DNA of 63,833 bases, the filler included, from Octopus bimaculoides (lineage: Eukaryota), in assembly GCF_001194135.2 (NCBI RefSeq). It is 6 parts of 6 records of this genome, joined end to end, with 100 filler letters (N's around TTAATTAATTAA, not from the genome) between each part and the next. Parts side by side here need not be neighbours in the genome. Positions count along the whole stretch, not along the records: positions 1 to 31,158 come from NC_069004.1; positions 31,259 to 42,208 come from NC_068998.1; 4 more parts are not named here. One strand, given 5' to 3'. Position numbers and translations under genes: made by a program. Every line of letters begins with the position of its first letter. Position 1 is the stretch's first letter. A model generated the notes under the pieces. That model worked only from the letters and a program-made list of their open reading frames with translations. It had not been told where the DNA came from and did no database searches. Positions 23,755 to 37,887 of the stretch are shown piece after piece.

Positions 23755-24113
23755 TAGTCAATTATATCGACCCCAGTACTCAACTGGTACTTATTTCATC
23801 GACCCCAAAAGGATGAAAGGCAAAGTTGAACTTGGAATTAGAACTCAGAACATAGTGACAGGTGAAATATCGCTAAGCATTTAGCCCAGCATACTAACGA
23901 GTATGCCAGCTCGCCACCTCAATAATAATAATAATAATAATAGTAATAATAATAATCAATTCTACTAAAAGCACAAGACCTGAAATTTGGGGAGAGGGGA
24001 CTAATCGATTACATCAACCTCAGTGTTTCACTGGTACTTAATTGATCAACCCTGAAAGGATGAAAGGCAAAGTTGATCTCAGTGGAATTTGAACTGACTC
24101 AGAATGTAAAGAC

Positions 24114-24154
<41 letters not shown>

Positions 24155-24790
24155 CAACAATAATCCTTTCTACTACAGGCACAAGGCCTGAAATTTTTGG
24201 TGAGAGGTGAGTAGTCAATTACATTGACCCTAGTACTTGTCTGGTACTTATTTCCATCAACCTGAAAGGACAGGAGGCAAAGCTGTCAGCAATGGCATTT
24301 AAATTCAGAATGTAAATCAGTAAGAAATGCTAATGGTGCTGCCAGATTGCTGTCTTAATGATGATGATGATTATCATAATGTTTTTAAAATTTTGGCACA
24401 AGGCTACCAATTTCAAGGGAGGGGTGAGTCAGTGTCGATTAAATCCAAAGCCAGTGCTCAACTGGTACTTATTGTATTGTCCCTGAAAGGATGAAAGGCA
24501 AAGTCAACCTTGGTGGAATTTGATCTTAGAATGTTAAGACGGAAGAAATGCTGTTAAGCATTTTGTTCAATGTCCTAACAATTCTGCTAGCTCACAACCT
24601 ATATGTAATTCTGGGGAGAGGGGCCAATTGATTAACCCCTGTGGTTAACTGATACTTATTTCATTGACACCGAATGCATGAAAAATATAGTTGACTTTTG
24701 TAGCATTTGAATTCAGAATGTAAGGTTAGATGAAATGCTGTGAAATATTTTGTCTGACATGCTTAACGGCCCTGCCAACTCACCACCTTC
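23755..24790 (-). mobile_element. Five head-to-tail SINE family A copies
   Basis: Units at about 23755, 23921, 24114, 24357 and 24605, each with the family core and most separated by AAT/GAT tails. Confidence 0.85.
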
Positions 24791-25224
24791 CAATTGCAGG
24801 GCAGCAGTAATGAATACGAAATAACAAGGATTATGACAATTCGTTCAACCCATGCCAGCATGGAAAGTGGATATAAAAAAATGACAACAGTGATGAAGAC
24901 ATTTCATCAGTATGTCTTTAAAATACTTTTGAAAGACAGAATAGAAACAAATACATCATGGCTGGATCAGAAACAAAAAGCATCGCATACGAAAGGATTC
25001 AATAAGCAAAAAAGAAATGGAAACAAAAAATTTACAAGCTTACTGTGTAAATGTAAGAAAATATTATTGAGAGAACTGATATGAATTATCAGAGGGATTA
25101 ATGTGGTATGGTGGTGATTAAATGCTGGTGATAATGAAGGTGTCGATAGATATGTAGACATATAAAAGTGTTGATGTGAGAGCTGATATCTACTATCGTA
25201 GAGATTATCCTGTAGTAGTGGTAA

Positions 25225-25400
25225 TTACATTGAAGGTACAGCGAGGGAGTATATATGGGGGTTGTGTGTGTGTGTGTGCGTGTGTGTTATATGTGAGTGC
25301 AAGTATATATATAAATATGTGTGTGTATAAATGTGTCTATAAATGTATGGCAGAGAGAACTGATAACTATATATACACATACATATATACATATATGTAA

Positions 25401-25431
<31 letters not shown>

Positions 25432-25747
25432 TATATATATATGCACACACACACATACACATGTGCATATATCGTATGTGTGTGAGTGTGTGTGTATCCA
25501 ATATCTATATATATATATATACACACACACATACACATGCATACACACAAACACACACACACAAATACAGATAAACACACACATATACTGACACACACAA
25601 ACACAAATATGTATTTATATATATATCATCTAGCTCTATATATTCCCACACACACAGACACATTATATACCGTATGCATATGTATGTATACATACATATG
25701 TATATATATGCATTTATATATGTATGTATGTATGTATATCTATATAT

Positions 25748-25827
<80 letters not shown>

Positions 25828-26519
25828 GCATATGCATATATATATGCATATATATATATATATGCATATATATATATATATGCATATATGCATATATGCA
25901 TATATATATGCATATACATATGCATATATATATGCATGTATATATAAATATGCATAGAGTTATATGGTGTATGTATATGTAAGTACATATACATGTGCGT
26001 GTTTTAGTATAAAGGTACATATGTATTGATATACTGCAAAGATCAGGTTGACACTACTCTCAGTATAGAGACATTCATTCAGTAAATACTTGCTTGTTTT
26101 TCTCCAAACTACTTAAAAATAACAGCATTATTTTATCGTACATACATACATACATTTTTATATACATAAGTACAAAAATACATACACTCACATATACATA
26201 TGTATATACATATATGTAGGCAAACATAGCTGCATACATGAAAGTGTGGATATTAACATGCATGCACACTCATGCACAGACACGCATACTCATACATGTA
26301 TATATTTATATGTATATATATAGAGATATGTTTTCATCTATCTGTCTCTCTCTCTCTCTTTCTCTCGTATATATATATATATATATATGTGTATGTGTGT
26401 GTATCTATATGTATGTGTAAGTCTATGTATGTATGTGTATCTATATGTATGTGTAAGTCTATGTATGTATGTATCTATCTACATCTATATCTATTTTTAC
26501 ATATAATGTATACATACAT

Positions 26520-26576
<57 letters not shown>

Positions 26577-26750
26577 TAGAGAGAGAGAGAGATATTTAAA
26601 AGTGACATTAAAGATGTAGATAAACAGATGTACAAAACGAATGGAGAAAGAGGAGCTGATACATATATTTTTATACACACACATATATATGTATGTATGT
26701 ATATATATATATGTGTGTGTATATGTATGTGTGTATGTGTATATATACAT
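25225..26750. repeat. Large (TA)/(CA)/(TG)/(TATGCA) low-complexity block
   Basis: Direct sequence. Confidence 0.95.
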
Positions 26751-27109
26751 NNNNNNNNNNNNNNNNNNNNNNNNNNNNNNNNNNNNNNNNNNNNNNNNNN
26801 NNNNNNNNNNNNNNNNNNNNNNNNNNNNNNNNNNNNNNNNNNNNNNNNNNNNNNNNNNNNNNNNNNNNNNNNNNNNNNNNNNNNNNNNNNNNNNNNNNNN
26901 NNNNNNNNNNNNNNNNNNNNNNNNNNNNNNNNNNNNNNNNNNNNNNNNNNNNNNNNNNNNNNNNNNNNNNNNNNNNNNNNNNNNNNNNNNNNNNNNNNNN
27001 NNNNNNNNNNNNNNNNNNNNNNNNNNNNNNNNNNNNNNNNNNNNNNNNNNNNNNNNNNNNNNNNNNNNNNNNNNNNNNNNNNNNNNNNNNNNNNNNNNNN
27101 NNNNNNNNN

Positions 27110-27160
<51 letters not shown>

Positions 27161-27574
27161 AAGGGGTTAAAGAACAGGGTTTATTCATTTATTCGCTCTG
27201 CGGTGACAGCAAAAGTATAGATATATAGATGTATAAAGATATTGATAGGAAAGCTGATATTTATGGTGAAAAATGCATTGAAATACTAATGAAGGTTTAG
27301 ATGTAGAGTGGTATAAAAGGTGCTGTTTGAGAGCTAATATCTGTCAGAGAGATTAAGGTGGAGTAGGTTATTTACATAGAAGTGACAAGAAGAGTTTAGA
27401 TATATCGATGTATAGATATATAAAAATGTCGATTGGGGAATTTGATATCTGTGTGAGGGATTATGGAACATTGATAATGACTCTGAGATCAAGATCTATA
27501 AGATATATAAAATTCTATAATATAATATGTTATGATATAATGTAATATAATATAATATAATATAATATGATATA

Positions 27575-27621
<47 letters not shown>

Positions 27622-27636
27622 TATATTATTTATGTG

Positions 27637-27667
<31 letters not shown>

Positions 27668-27726
27668 GCACATATATATATCTATATCTATATGTGTGTG
27701 TGTATGTATGTATATATGTATATATA

Positions 27727-27995
27727 CAAGGTTTGATCAGTAAGTATCTGGACTGTTGCTATAGAAACAAAACTAAAGCATGCAGAGGAAAGCTGCTAGG
27801 TACAAATTGACCTTCAAGATAGCTGTGCATGCGCACCAACTTTTAACATTCTAGCTCACTTCTGCTGCTTACAGCAGTGCTTGGAAGGAAGATGTGTAGC
27901 ATTGACCATAACAGAGAACGTTGAGCAGAGAATCTACATCAAATTTTGCCAAAACCTTTGCAATACCTGCTCAAAGGCCTGTACAGTATTCAAAT
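27727..27995 (+). mobile_element. Mariner 5' remnant (TIR plus transposase N-terminus)
   Basis: TA-CAAGGTTTGATCAGTAAGTATCTGGACTG end; VEQRIYIKFCQNL matches the mariner EQR..IKFC start. Confidence 0.75.
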
Positions 27996-28270
27996 ATTGT
28001 TCCTTGTCCTTGACACAATCAAGATCTTGTGCAACAGAACCCCAAGTGCCTTTTTGGTCAAAGCAATCTCTATTGTAGAGCATGAAATCTTAAGATATAG
28101 CATTATCCAAAATTTTGTAAATCTTCTTGCCCATTACCTTGCATTCGGCCTAGGGCTATAAATAGAGAAGTAATTTAGAGTAGATTGTAGATATTTGACA
28201 TCTACTTTTAGCATATAGGCACTGGCATTCTAGAGCCCTTAATTATAATCATATTTTTAAATTATATACT

Positions 28271-28302
<32 letters not shown>

Positions 28303-28308
<6 letters not shown>

Positions 28309-28660
28309 TGTATAACAAAGTAAAATTGGAAAGTACTGCACAAGTGAAAATATATAGGGAAGAAGATTTGAAAATGATGAGCTCTTTTAAAGATGTTTAT
28401 TGACTTGACTGGTTTTACTTTTTTAAAAAAAGTGAAACCAGTCAAGTCAATAAACATCTTTAGAAGACCTCTGCATTTTAAATCCTCTTCCCTATATATA
28501 CATATATGTATAACAAAGTAAAATTGGAAAGTACTGCACAAGTGAAAATATATAGGGAAGAAGATTTGAAAATGATGAGCTCTTTTAAAGATGTTTATTG
28601 ACTTGACTGGTTTTACTTTTTTAAAAAAAGTGAAACCAGTCAAGTCAATAAACATCTTTA
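28303..28660. repeat. 198-bp tandem duplication whose unit contains a roughly 150-bp fold-back palindrome
   Basis: catatatgtataacaaag at 28303 and 28501; inner arms taaagatgtttattgacttgactggttt(t/c)acttttttt differ by one base. Confidence 0.85.
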
Positions 28661-29044
28661 NNNNNNNNNNNNNNNNNNNNNNNNNNNNNNNNNNNNNNNN
28701 NNNNNNNNNNNNNNNNNNNNNNNNNNNNNNNNNNNNNNNNNNNNNNNNNNNNNNNNNNNNNNNNNNNNNNNNNNNNNNNNNNNNNNNNNNNNNNNNNNNN
28801 NNNNNNNNNNNNNNNNNNNNNNNNNNNNNNNNNNNNNNNNNNNNNNNNNNNNNNNNNNNNNNNNNNNNNNNNNNNNNNNNNNNNNNNNNNNNNNNNNNNN
28901 NNNNNNNNNNNNNNNNNNNNNNNNNNNNNNNNNNNNNNNNNNNNNNNNNNNNNNNNNNNNNNNNNNNNNNNNNNNNNNNNNNNNNNNNNNNNNNNNNNNN
29001 NNNNNNNNNNNNNNNNNNNNTATATATATATATATATGTATACA

Positions 29045-29350
29045 TGTGGTTAGAGCATTGAGCTTACGAACGTGAGGTTGTGAGTTCGATTTCTGGACTG
29101 GGCTGCATGTTGTGTTCTTGAGCAAGATACTTTATTTCACATTGCACCATTTCACTCACCTGTAGAAATGAGTTGCAACATCACTGGTGCCAAACTGTAT
29201 TGGTCTTTGCTGTTCAGTGGCGTGAAGAGGAGAGGCTGGTATGGATGGGCAACTGCTGGTCTTCCATAAAACAACCTTGCCCTGACTTGTGCCTTGGAGG
29301 GGAACTTTCTAGGTGCAATCCCATGGTTATTCATGCCCGAAGGGGGTCTT
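29045..29350 (+). mobile_element. SINE family F (tRNA-derived head, CORE-like region)
   Basis: gtggttagagc A-box remnant, GAGTTCGATTTC B box at about 29082, then ttgagcaagatacttt. Confidence 0.65.
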
Positions 29351-29699
29351 TATATATACATACACATATATGTATATGCATACATATAACATACACATGT
29401 ACATACATATAACCTCGTTCTTATAGCTGAATCACTACCAGAACTAGAGAACTACCCTTCAGGTCGATGGTCCTTCCTGATCTGGAGAAAAGGAGAAGGT
29501 AGAAACTCCATAAGATGTACTTAGTGTAAATAATGGATGCAGCAATATCAGAGCAAGATTAACAAGGAAAATAGCTTTTGTGTGTGGCAGATGCACAGGT
29601 ACTATAAACTCTGAAAACGTATTGAAAATAGACTCCATCAGCTGTCAGTTGGGTAAACTAGAGATAGTCTTCATCGTTTTTTTGCTTCACCACTTCCAC

Positions 29700-29975
29700 T
29701 TCTGCAAATTCTGTGGCACCAGCTTTCATCACCAGTGATAACCTTCAAAAAAAAAAAAAAAAAAAAGGCCTGGATCACTTTCCACCTGTTCTTTCAGTTC
29801 ACAACATGCATTCAGTTGTTACTTCTACTGTTGATCTTCCATGAGCAAGCGAGGCACAAATTTTGCTGCAACTCCTTTCATTCACAATTCCTTGCTGAAG
29901 ATTTGTTGGCAGGAGCTCCAAGACACACCAGACACATCAACAAGTTTGTCAATTATTCTTCAATTATTGAAGTGG
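29700..29975 (-). mobile_element. Mariner transposase pseudogene fragment
   Basis: VSGVSWSSCQQIFSKEL*MKGVAAKFVPRLL..KEQVESDPG..KVITGDESWC: AKFVPRLL linker and first catalytic D. Confidence 0.85.
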
Positions 29976-30212
29976 AAAATGAAGCCAATTCTGAAATGAG
30001 ATATTGTGACAGTCTATGTGATTAGCTCTTCAAACATCTTTCAAAACTCAAAAGTCATTTAAGATCATATGCTAGGAAAGAACAATTAATGGAACAAGAA
30101 GAGGTGAAGCTCTGAAAAGAGCAGACCAGATAACCACTGTATGTATATATATATATATATTTTCATATATACATACACACACATGTATATATATATATAT
30201 ATATATATATAG

Positions 30213-30680
30213 CATCATCATCATCGTTTAACATCTGCTTTCCATGCTGGCATGGGTTGGACGATTTGACTGAAGACTGGCAAGCCAGATGGCTGCACCA
30301 GGCTCCAATCTGATCTGGCAGAGTTTCTACAGCTGGATGCCCTTCCTAACGCCAACCACTCCAAGAGTGTAGTCGGTGCTTTTACATGCCACTGGCACGA
30401 GGGCCAGTCAGGCATGACTGGCAACGGCCACGCTCAAATGGTGTTTTTTTACGTGCCACCTGCACTGGAGCCAGTCCAGCGGCACTGGCAACGACCTTGC
30501 TCAAATATTGTTTTTCACATGCCACCGGCACAAGTCCCAGTAAGGTGACACTGGTAACAATCATGCTCGAATGGTGCTTTTTACATGCAACTGGCACGGA
30601 AGCCAGTCAGCTGCCCTGGCAACAATCATGCTCAGATGGTGCTCTTAGCGCTCCACTAGCACCGGATGCCAGTCATGTGG
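30213..30680 (-). mobile_element. SINE family B with extended internal repeats
   Basis: catcatcgtttaacatctgctttccatgctggcatggg.. followed by repeated ttttacatgcc.c.ggcac units. Confidence 0.9.
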
Positions 30681-30702
30681 TGCTGTCATCGAATTTGATT
30701 TC

Positions 30703-30733
<31 letters not shown>

Positions 30734-31202
30734 TCAGTTGAAACTAAATAAGCAGACAATGTGCACATTGCCACTCATGTTGAATGTGTAATAACACTCT
30801 CATAGTGAGCGAATTGAAATCGTCAGCATTTGTTAGTTTCAAAGGAGCCATGGATGTAATAGCATTGAAATCTAAATTTATTTGCTGAGACAGCGATTAA
30901 ATATTGCCCGAGGAGATACGTATGGATCTTATTATACAGGTAAATTGTTACCTAATTGAATTAAATTTAAATTTAAATCTAAATTCTGTATATATATATA
31001 TACATAGATCTATATATCTCAAAACATTTGTAGTGATCATTTAAAAGCTGCCTAACTGTACTGTACTTACTCTTCCTTTTGACTCTTTTACACTTTACTT
31101 TATATATGTATATATATATGTTCTCTATGTGGCTCGTGTGTTCTCGTCTACGTTTGTTNNNNNNNNNNNNNNNNNNNNNNNNNNNNNNNNNNNNNNNNNN
31201 NN

Positions 31203-31214
31203 TTAATTAATTAA
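31203..31214. other. Artificial scaffold linker TTAATTAATTAA inside a 100-bp N block (also 42253, 59136, 60929, 62663)
   Basis: Identical 12-mer with stops in all six frames, centred in N blocks five times. Confidence 0.95.
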
Positions 31215-32009
31215 NNNNNNNNNNNNNNNNNNNNNNNNNNNNNNNNNNNNNNNNNNNNATATATATACCAACATGTGCATATTAACACATGTGTATGTAT
31301 GTGTGTTTGTGTGGGTGTGTTTGTGTGCACATAAGAATTTAGCACAATCATATTTTATTTAAAATGGTTGTATCCCTTGGAACCATATCGCACTGAAGGC
31401 CATTTGTCACAGGATCAAAATATTTACTACTGTCTCTAAAATTTTCGCTCACCAATGCTCAGCATCGCTTTGTGTCTTACACATATACATGCATATATGC
31501 AGATAGAGAGTGAGGGATTGGGGAGAGATTCTAAATGGTATCTCAAAACTGCGTCTCTCCTCTGTAAAATAGTGACCTAGTGAATTACACCTGCACACAT
31601 TGCACCCATATTCTCCTTTAAAGTGTGTTTCGAACCTCTGTACATATGTCATGCTTGTTAGCATTAAATCCATGGCATGTTTGGCAATAAACTTTGTCCT
31701 CTGGTTTGGAATTTGTCAGGAAATATCTAAAAGTATTGATCATTATTCTGTAATCTTTTACAAATTCCTTTGTGATTACATTTGTCAATTTCAATGCACA
31801 ACTGAAAGTTTTCTGAATGTCTGTGGAGATTAAAATTATCGATCTTAGTGAAAACTTTAGAGCCCAATCAATTACATGCATTTTACATCAACTCTACAAA
31901 TATTGAACTAAACCACGTTTGAATTCAAAATTACAACTGTAATTTTTTTTTTTTAAGTAATTGATTTCTCGTCGTTAAAGTCACGTATGATTCAGCTATT
32001 TATACTTAC

Positions 32010-32059
32010 GACTGTTGCATGTGCTGTTTAACCCCCAAGGGAAGTACTAATCTTATATA
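32010..32059 (-). CDS. Weak candidate exon (50 nt, phase 0 to 2) YIRLVLPLGVKQHMQQ
   Basis: gtcatccttatcag|TATAT..CAGTC|gtaagt; one open frame. Confidence 0.25.
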
Positions 32060-33118
32060 CTGATAAGGATGACATTATATAATACCTTTCTTTCTCCCTC
32101 TCTCTGCCACTCTGTCTCTCTCCCTCTTTCTCTCATTCCCTCGCTTCTAGTATTAGATTAACTGCTATTTCTTGCATTTTGTGTGACGATCTTTCAAACA
32201 CAGAATTGCCATGTCTTTAATTGGAGAAAGCTAGTCCCATGTAAATCCAGATCAGGTAGACACTCGTCAAACAGCCGAATTATGTTCAGGATTATGGCTT
32301 TCCAAATTGATCGTATATTTACAAAAGCATTCCTTCGGAGNNNNNNNNNNNNNNNNNNNNNNNNNNNNNNNNNNNNNNNNNNNNNNNNNNNNNNNNNNNN
32401 NNNNNNNNNNNNNNNNNNNNNNNNNNNNNNNNNNNNNNNNNNNNNNNNNNNNNNNNNNNNNNNNNNNNNNNNNNNNNNNNNNNNNNNNNNNNNNNNNNNN
32501 NNNNNNNNNNNNNNNNNNNNNNNNNNNNNNNNNNNNNNNNNNNNNNNNNNNNNNNNNNNNNNNNNNNNNNNNNNNNNNNNNNNNNNNNNNNNNNNNNNNN
32601 NNNNNNNNNNNNNNNNNNNNNNNNNNNNNNNNNNNNNNNNNNNNNNNNNNNNNNNNNNNNNNNNNNNNNNNNNNNNNNNNNNNNNNNNNNNNNNNNNNNN
32701 NNNNNNNNNNNNNNNNNNNNNNNNNNNNNNNNNNNNNNNNNNNNNNNNNNNNNNNNNNNNNNNNNNNNNNNNNNNNNNNNNNNNNNNNNNNNNNNNNNNN
32801 NNNNNNNNNNNNNNNNNNNNNNNNNNNNNNNNNNNNNNNNNNNNNNNNNNNNNNNNNNNNNNNNNNNNNNNNNNNNNNNNNNNNNNNNNNNNNNNNNNNN
32901 NNNNNNNNNNNNNNNNNNNNNNNNNNNNNNNNNNNNNNNNNNNNNNNNNNNNNNNNNNNNNNNNNNNNNNNNNNNNNNNNNNNNNNNNNNNNNNNNNNNN
33001 NNNNNNNNNNNNNNNNNNNNNNNNNNNNNNNNNNNNNNNNNNNNNNNNNNNNNNNNNNNNNNNNNNNNNNNNNNNNNNNNNNNNNNNNNNNNNNNNNNNN
33101 NNNNNNNNNNNNNNNNNN

Positions 33119-33155
<37 letters not shown>

Positions 33156-34198
33156 TGTGTGTGTGTGATTATACTTATATATGCATATATACACATATAT
33201 ATGTATAAACATATATATGTGCGTCTGTGTGTGTTTGAGTGTATATTTAAGTGTATGACTGTTTGTGTGTTTGTGCGTACGTGCCGTTGTGCGTGCGTAT
33301 GTATGGACGTTTGTAGATTATAGTATAATATTTAGTTACAAGCTGGCTGAAGCGTTAGAGCGTTGGAAATTTGCTGCGATCCATTCGTCCTGTTCTTAAC
33401 ATTTTCAGTTCAAATCGGTCCCCATGCGTAAAGTTTGCGCTTATCAACTATTGTTACAATGCATTCAACGACAAAATGCAGAAACGTTCTAATGATACTC
33501 TGTAATGCCAATGAGCACGTGATTGCCAAGGAAAATATTTATACCACAAGAACTATACGAGTATATAAACGTTTAGAAATTCACGCACTCGATAAATGCT
33601 TATATATGTTCACGAGGCCCAAGTGAAGTGTGATGGTGTCTATTTATCTGCTCACCTGAGCCGCTAGAAATATACAGGCATATCTTTCTGAGATTTTAAA
33701 TCTTACCGTCTCAAAATGGAAGCATTAATAGGCACAACTGAAATCAATAATAAAGTAAAAATAGATCCCATCTCTATTGGTGGTGGGTTTCTCTGATCTG
33801 GTTAGCAAAAACAAGAACAACACACGATTTCGTTAAATCATCCATTTACCACGATGTGCTAAGAAATTCCTGGTTTTGGGTAAACAAAAATAGAAGAGGA
33901 TCAGTTAATTTTGTTTTTATTCAACATATTCCCCTCTGAGGTCATAGTTATTGCATCGGTCATTCATGTTTTCTAAGCCTCCTGCAGCTGAAGATTGCTC
34001 TTCATATTGCATTTAACGTAATGCTCGCGTTACTTAAATATATGGAGTAGCATGAAACGTGCTTACTGCAATCATCTTTGAAATCCGTGTTGCTTATTTT
34101 GATTTTTTCATCACCTAGTTTTTGGGAATGGTTTTTGTATAATACCATACCATACTATATTCTGGTGCCTAAACATAAGTACCATATTCAATCGTGAA

Positions 34199-34248
<50 letters not shown>

Positions 34249-34895
34249 TACATGTATATTTGTATGTGTGTACGTATGTATGTACGCATGCATGCATGTA
34301 TATATATATATATATATGTGTATGTATCTGTTGAACAACGTATATGTCCAAACAATATCCTTGTTCTTTGCGCATTATATTATGCCTATTTTATTTCATT
34401 TCTCAACAGAATATGAGTTTATGCCGCAGATGCTTCGATTCATATCAATCACGTTATTTTCCTCTTAATAATGAGAAACCATTATATTTGCTTTTGTCTT
34501 CTATCAGGTATAAGATTTACTGCGCATTATGTATTGTACTTTTAATTAATAAGGCACTAAGGTAATGGAAGAAACAGAAATTGTCTTCTCATTTATATAA
34601 ATATTTCCATAAGTCGTAGACACAAATGAGGCATAGGCGTCAAGATATATGAGCAATTGCGTCTGTAGTATTAAGTCTCGTATATTTCATCTTTTGCAAT
34701 GTCTTTGTACTTGTAGTCATTGCAAAATCAATGTTTCGAATTTAAATTACAATGAAGATTCTCCCCAATGATGTTTCTCTCCAAGTATACCAATGAAATT
34801 TTCTCATTATCTCCAGTGTGGAAGCATTTCTATTAGCGCTAGCGACTTTTCTTTTGACGTCTCATACTCATTTTGCTTAAATGTGTTACGTAACT

Positions 34896-35056
<161 letters not shown>

Positions 35057-36583
35057 CACTGCATCGTCATATGCGTAGATCTATATATATGTGCATATAT
35101 GTCTGATGCTCTCTGTTTGTGTGCAGATTCCAGTAATGTGAAGAGTAATGCATACAACAGTGTATAAATTGAAAGGAAATTATTTTAACCCCAAAAGTAC
35201 TTTATACTACAAGACTGTATTTATTATTAAGACTCTTTAAACGGGTGTGAATTTGTCCATTTTCCACATGCTACTACAGAACGAAGGAAGAATATTCATA
35301 CAGTTATACGCATAAATATCTAATCGAAAAGACAAGTCGTTAATGAAAACTTCACACTTAAATCTATCTACAAGTGGGAACGTAAACGCAGGAAATGTTT
35401 ACACTTCTGAGTATAGGAAGGTACAGAACAGTACTTAAAAACTTGCTCGGTTTTAATTAGCTATTCATTTTAATATCCAATAATATTCATGAGTTTTGAA
35501 ATATAATTGACGACAAATACACACACGTATTAACGTATACATTTATGTAAATGAAATGACGAAAACATATATAAACTTGCATTTCCATAACTGTATTACA
35601 TAAATATGTATATACGCATATATTACATACGCACACAGACACACGCACACACACACATACACACATACACATATACATGCATGCATACATACATACATAT
35701 GTATATCATATTATATATATTGTGGTACATGTAGTCATATGTGAATTATGCGTACATCGATAAAATACAAATGCAAACGCCGTTAAAAACAAAAGGCAAA
35801 TAGAAGAATTTTTGGTGGGGTGTTTTGTAGTATTCATTTTGCCTCAATTACACAATATTACCTGTGTGACTTACAGCCCCAAGGAAGTCTTGAACCTGTA
35901 ATTGACCCAATTGTTCTACTTAAGCACATACGAAATCGTTTGTAAAATGTAATTTAGAAGATGCTTCTTATTAGACGTGTATAATTATGTAACGTTTCGC
36001 TTGACTTATATTTACGCAGTCATGACTACATGTAACAGATTACACAATTATATTAACACATATGTTGTTTTAAACCAGGTAATCCCTACATTGTATTATC
36101 ACTACACATTTTAGTACGGCAATTGTTTTCAATAATAAATACTAGCAGTTTCAGAATCATTGCATGAAGACAGTTATTGCCAAATTTCTCCAGGCAGAGT
36201 TCCTGAATAAATTTTCGTTGTGGTAAAAGTTCCCTATTTCTTATGCCCGTGGCTTATTGCATTACATATTGAAGATCATTGCATCTTTTCTGCAATGGTT
36301 CAAAATTTAAGGAATTTATTTTCGCAACGCTTACTGCATTACGACCCAACATAATTCTATCTGCCGTGCATAATTCACTTGCGGGAATCGTGTTTTAAAC
36401 GAAACGGAAACAGAATATGTTAAGTGCATCAAACTACATTACCAAGAATATTGTCGTAAATTGAAATAACTTGAACTGGTGATTGAAATAGCATTACAAT
36501 CACAACGTTTCCGGAGGCATTATCGGCATATAAACAGACACACACATTTATATATATATACATATAAACACATAACTATGTAT

Positions 36584-36624
<41 letters not shown>

Positions 36625-37068
36625 NNNNNNNNNNNNNNNNNNNNNNNNNNNNNNNNNNNNNNNNNNNNNNNNNNNNNNNNNNNNNNNNNNNNNNNNNNNN
36701 NNNNNNNNNNNNNNNNNNNNNNNNNNNNNNNNNNNNNNNNNNNNNNNNNNNNNNNNNNNNNNNNNNNNNNNNNNNNNNNNNNNNNNNNNNNNNNNNNNNN
36801 NNNNNNNNNNNNNNNNNNNNNNNNNNNNNNNNNNNNNNNNNNNNNNNNNNNNNNNNNNNNNNNNNNNNNNNNNNNNNNNNNNNNNNNNNNNNNNNNNNNN
36901 NNNNNNNNNNNNNNNNNNNNNNNNNNNNNNNNNNNNNNNNNNNNNNNNNNNNNNNNNNNNNNNNNNNNNNNNNNNNNNNNNNNNNNNNNNNNNNNNNNNN
37001 NNNNNNNNNNNNNNNNNNATATACATATATATATATATACCTACATATATATACATATAGATATATAG

Positions 37069-37101
<33 letters not shown>

Positions 37102-37887
37102 CTTATACATAGATATATATTGTATATATTTATAGTTCGGCGTGCAAATACAAAAACCAGGAGACGATTGAAAATAAAGACTTATAAAATGAAATAATAC
37201 ATTGCAATGAAATTAAATGCTTCGGTTAAAGAATGGTTCAGAAATTTCGAGGAAATAAGTTGAAACGGAAAGATTAAATTTGCTGTAACGTTGTTGGGCA
37301 TTTTATGTATATCGTGCTGAAATTAATTGCGCCATAAATTATTTTACGCAGTATAATGTTTGTTGTGAGGTTTTACAGGAACTGGTAAGCAATTCTAATA
37401 TATTTATGAGTATGTCATATCTAATCGTATTGTCTTTCGTTATATGTTTCTGTTTGAAATGAAACTTCTCAGAGTAGAAGGTTTCATATACGTTATAATG
37501 ATATTTATTGTGGTCATGTGTACATTTCGGTTATAAAATTTATGTTTATTCAGTCAAAAATAAATATCGATGGAATATCGAATGTAATCAAAGATTAGAT
37601 TCCTCTGAATGTCATGGTTTTCTAAAGAAATAAATGCTAGCACGCTTTTCATACGTGATAGTTCAGAAAGATAGGGCAGTGACCATTGCTTTTACACGGC
37701 ACGTGGATATCGACACTGTGGACAATTCATTGATACAGATGCAAGTTGACAACTGCGTCAAAAATGGTTTATGAAAAGAATTTCAGAGAGTCGATTATAT
37801 TTGGTGGAAGTACTGGACGCAGTGGTTCTTTCGGGATTGACTATTTAAAGAAATAAATAAGTGTAGTGAAAAAAAAAGCAATGACTA

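Noticed and set aside
31449-31673. GCNVCRCNSLGHY zinc-knuckle-like ORF
   Set aside because: Spacing does not fit CCHC; at most a further decayed retroelement trace.
32285-32340. Hammerhead beside the gap (CCGAAGGAATGC..GAAAGCCATA, minus)
   Set aside because: Shares the core start with 61-146, but stem II does not close and stem I is cut by the gap; kept only as a family hint.
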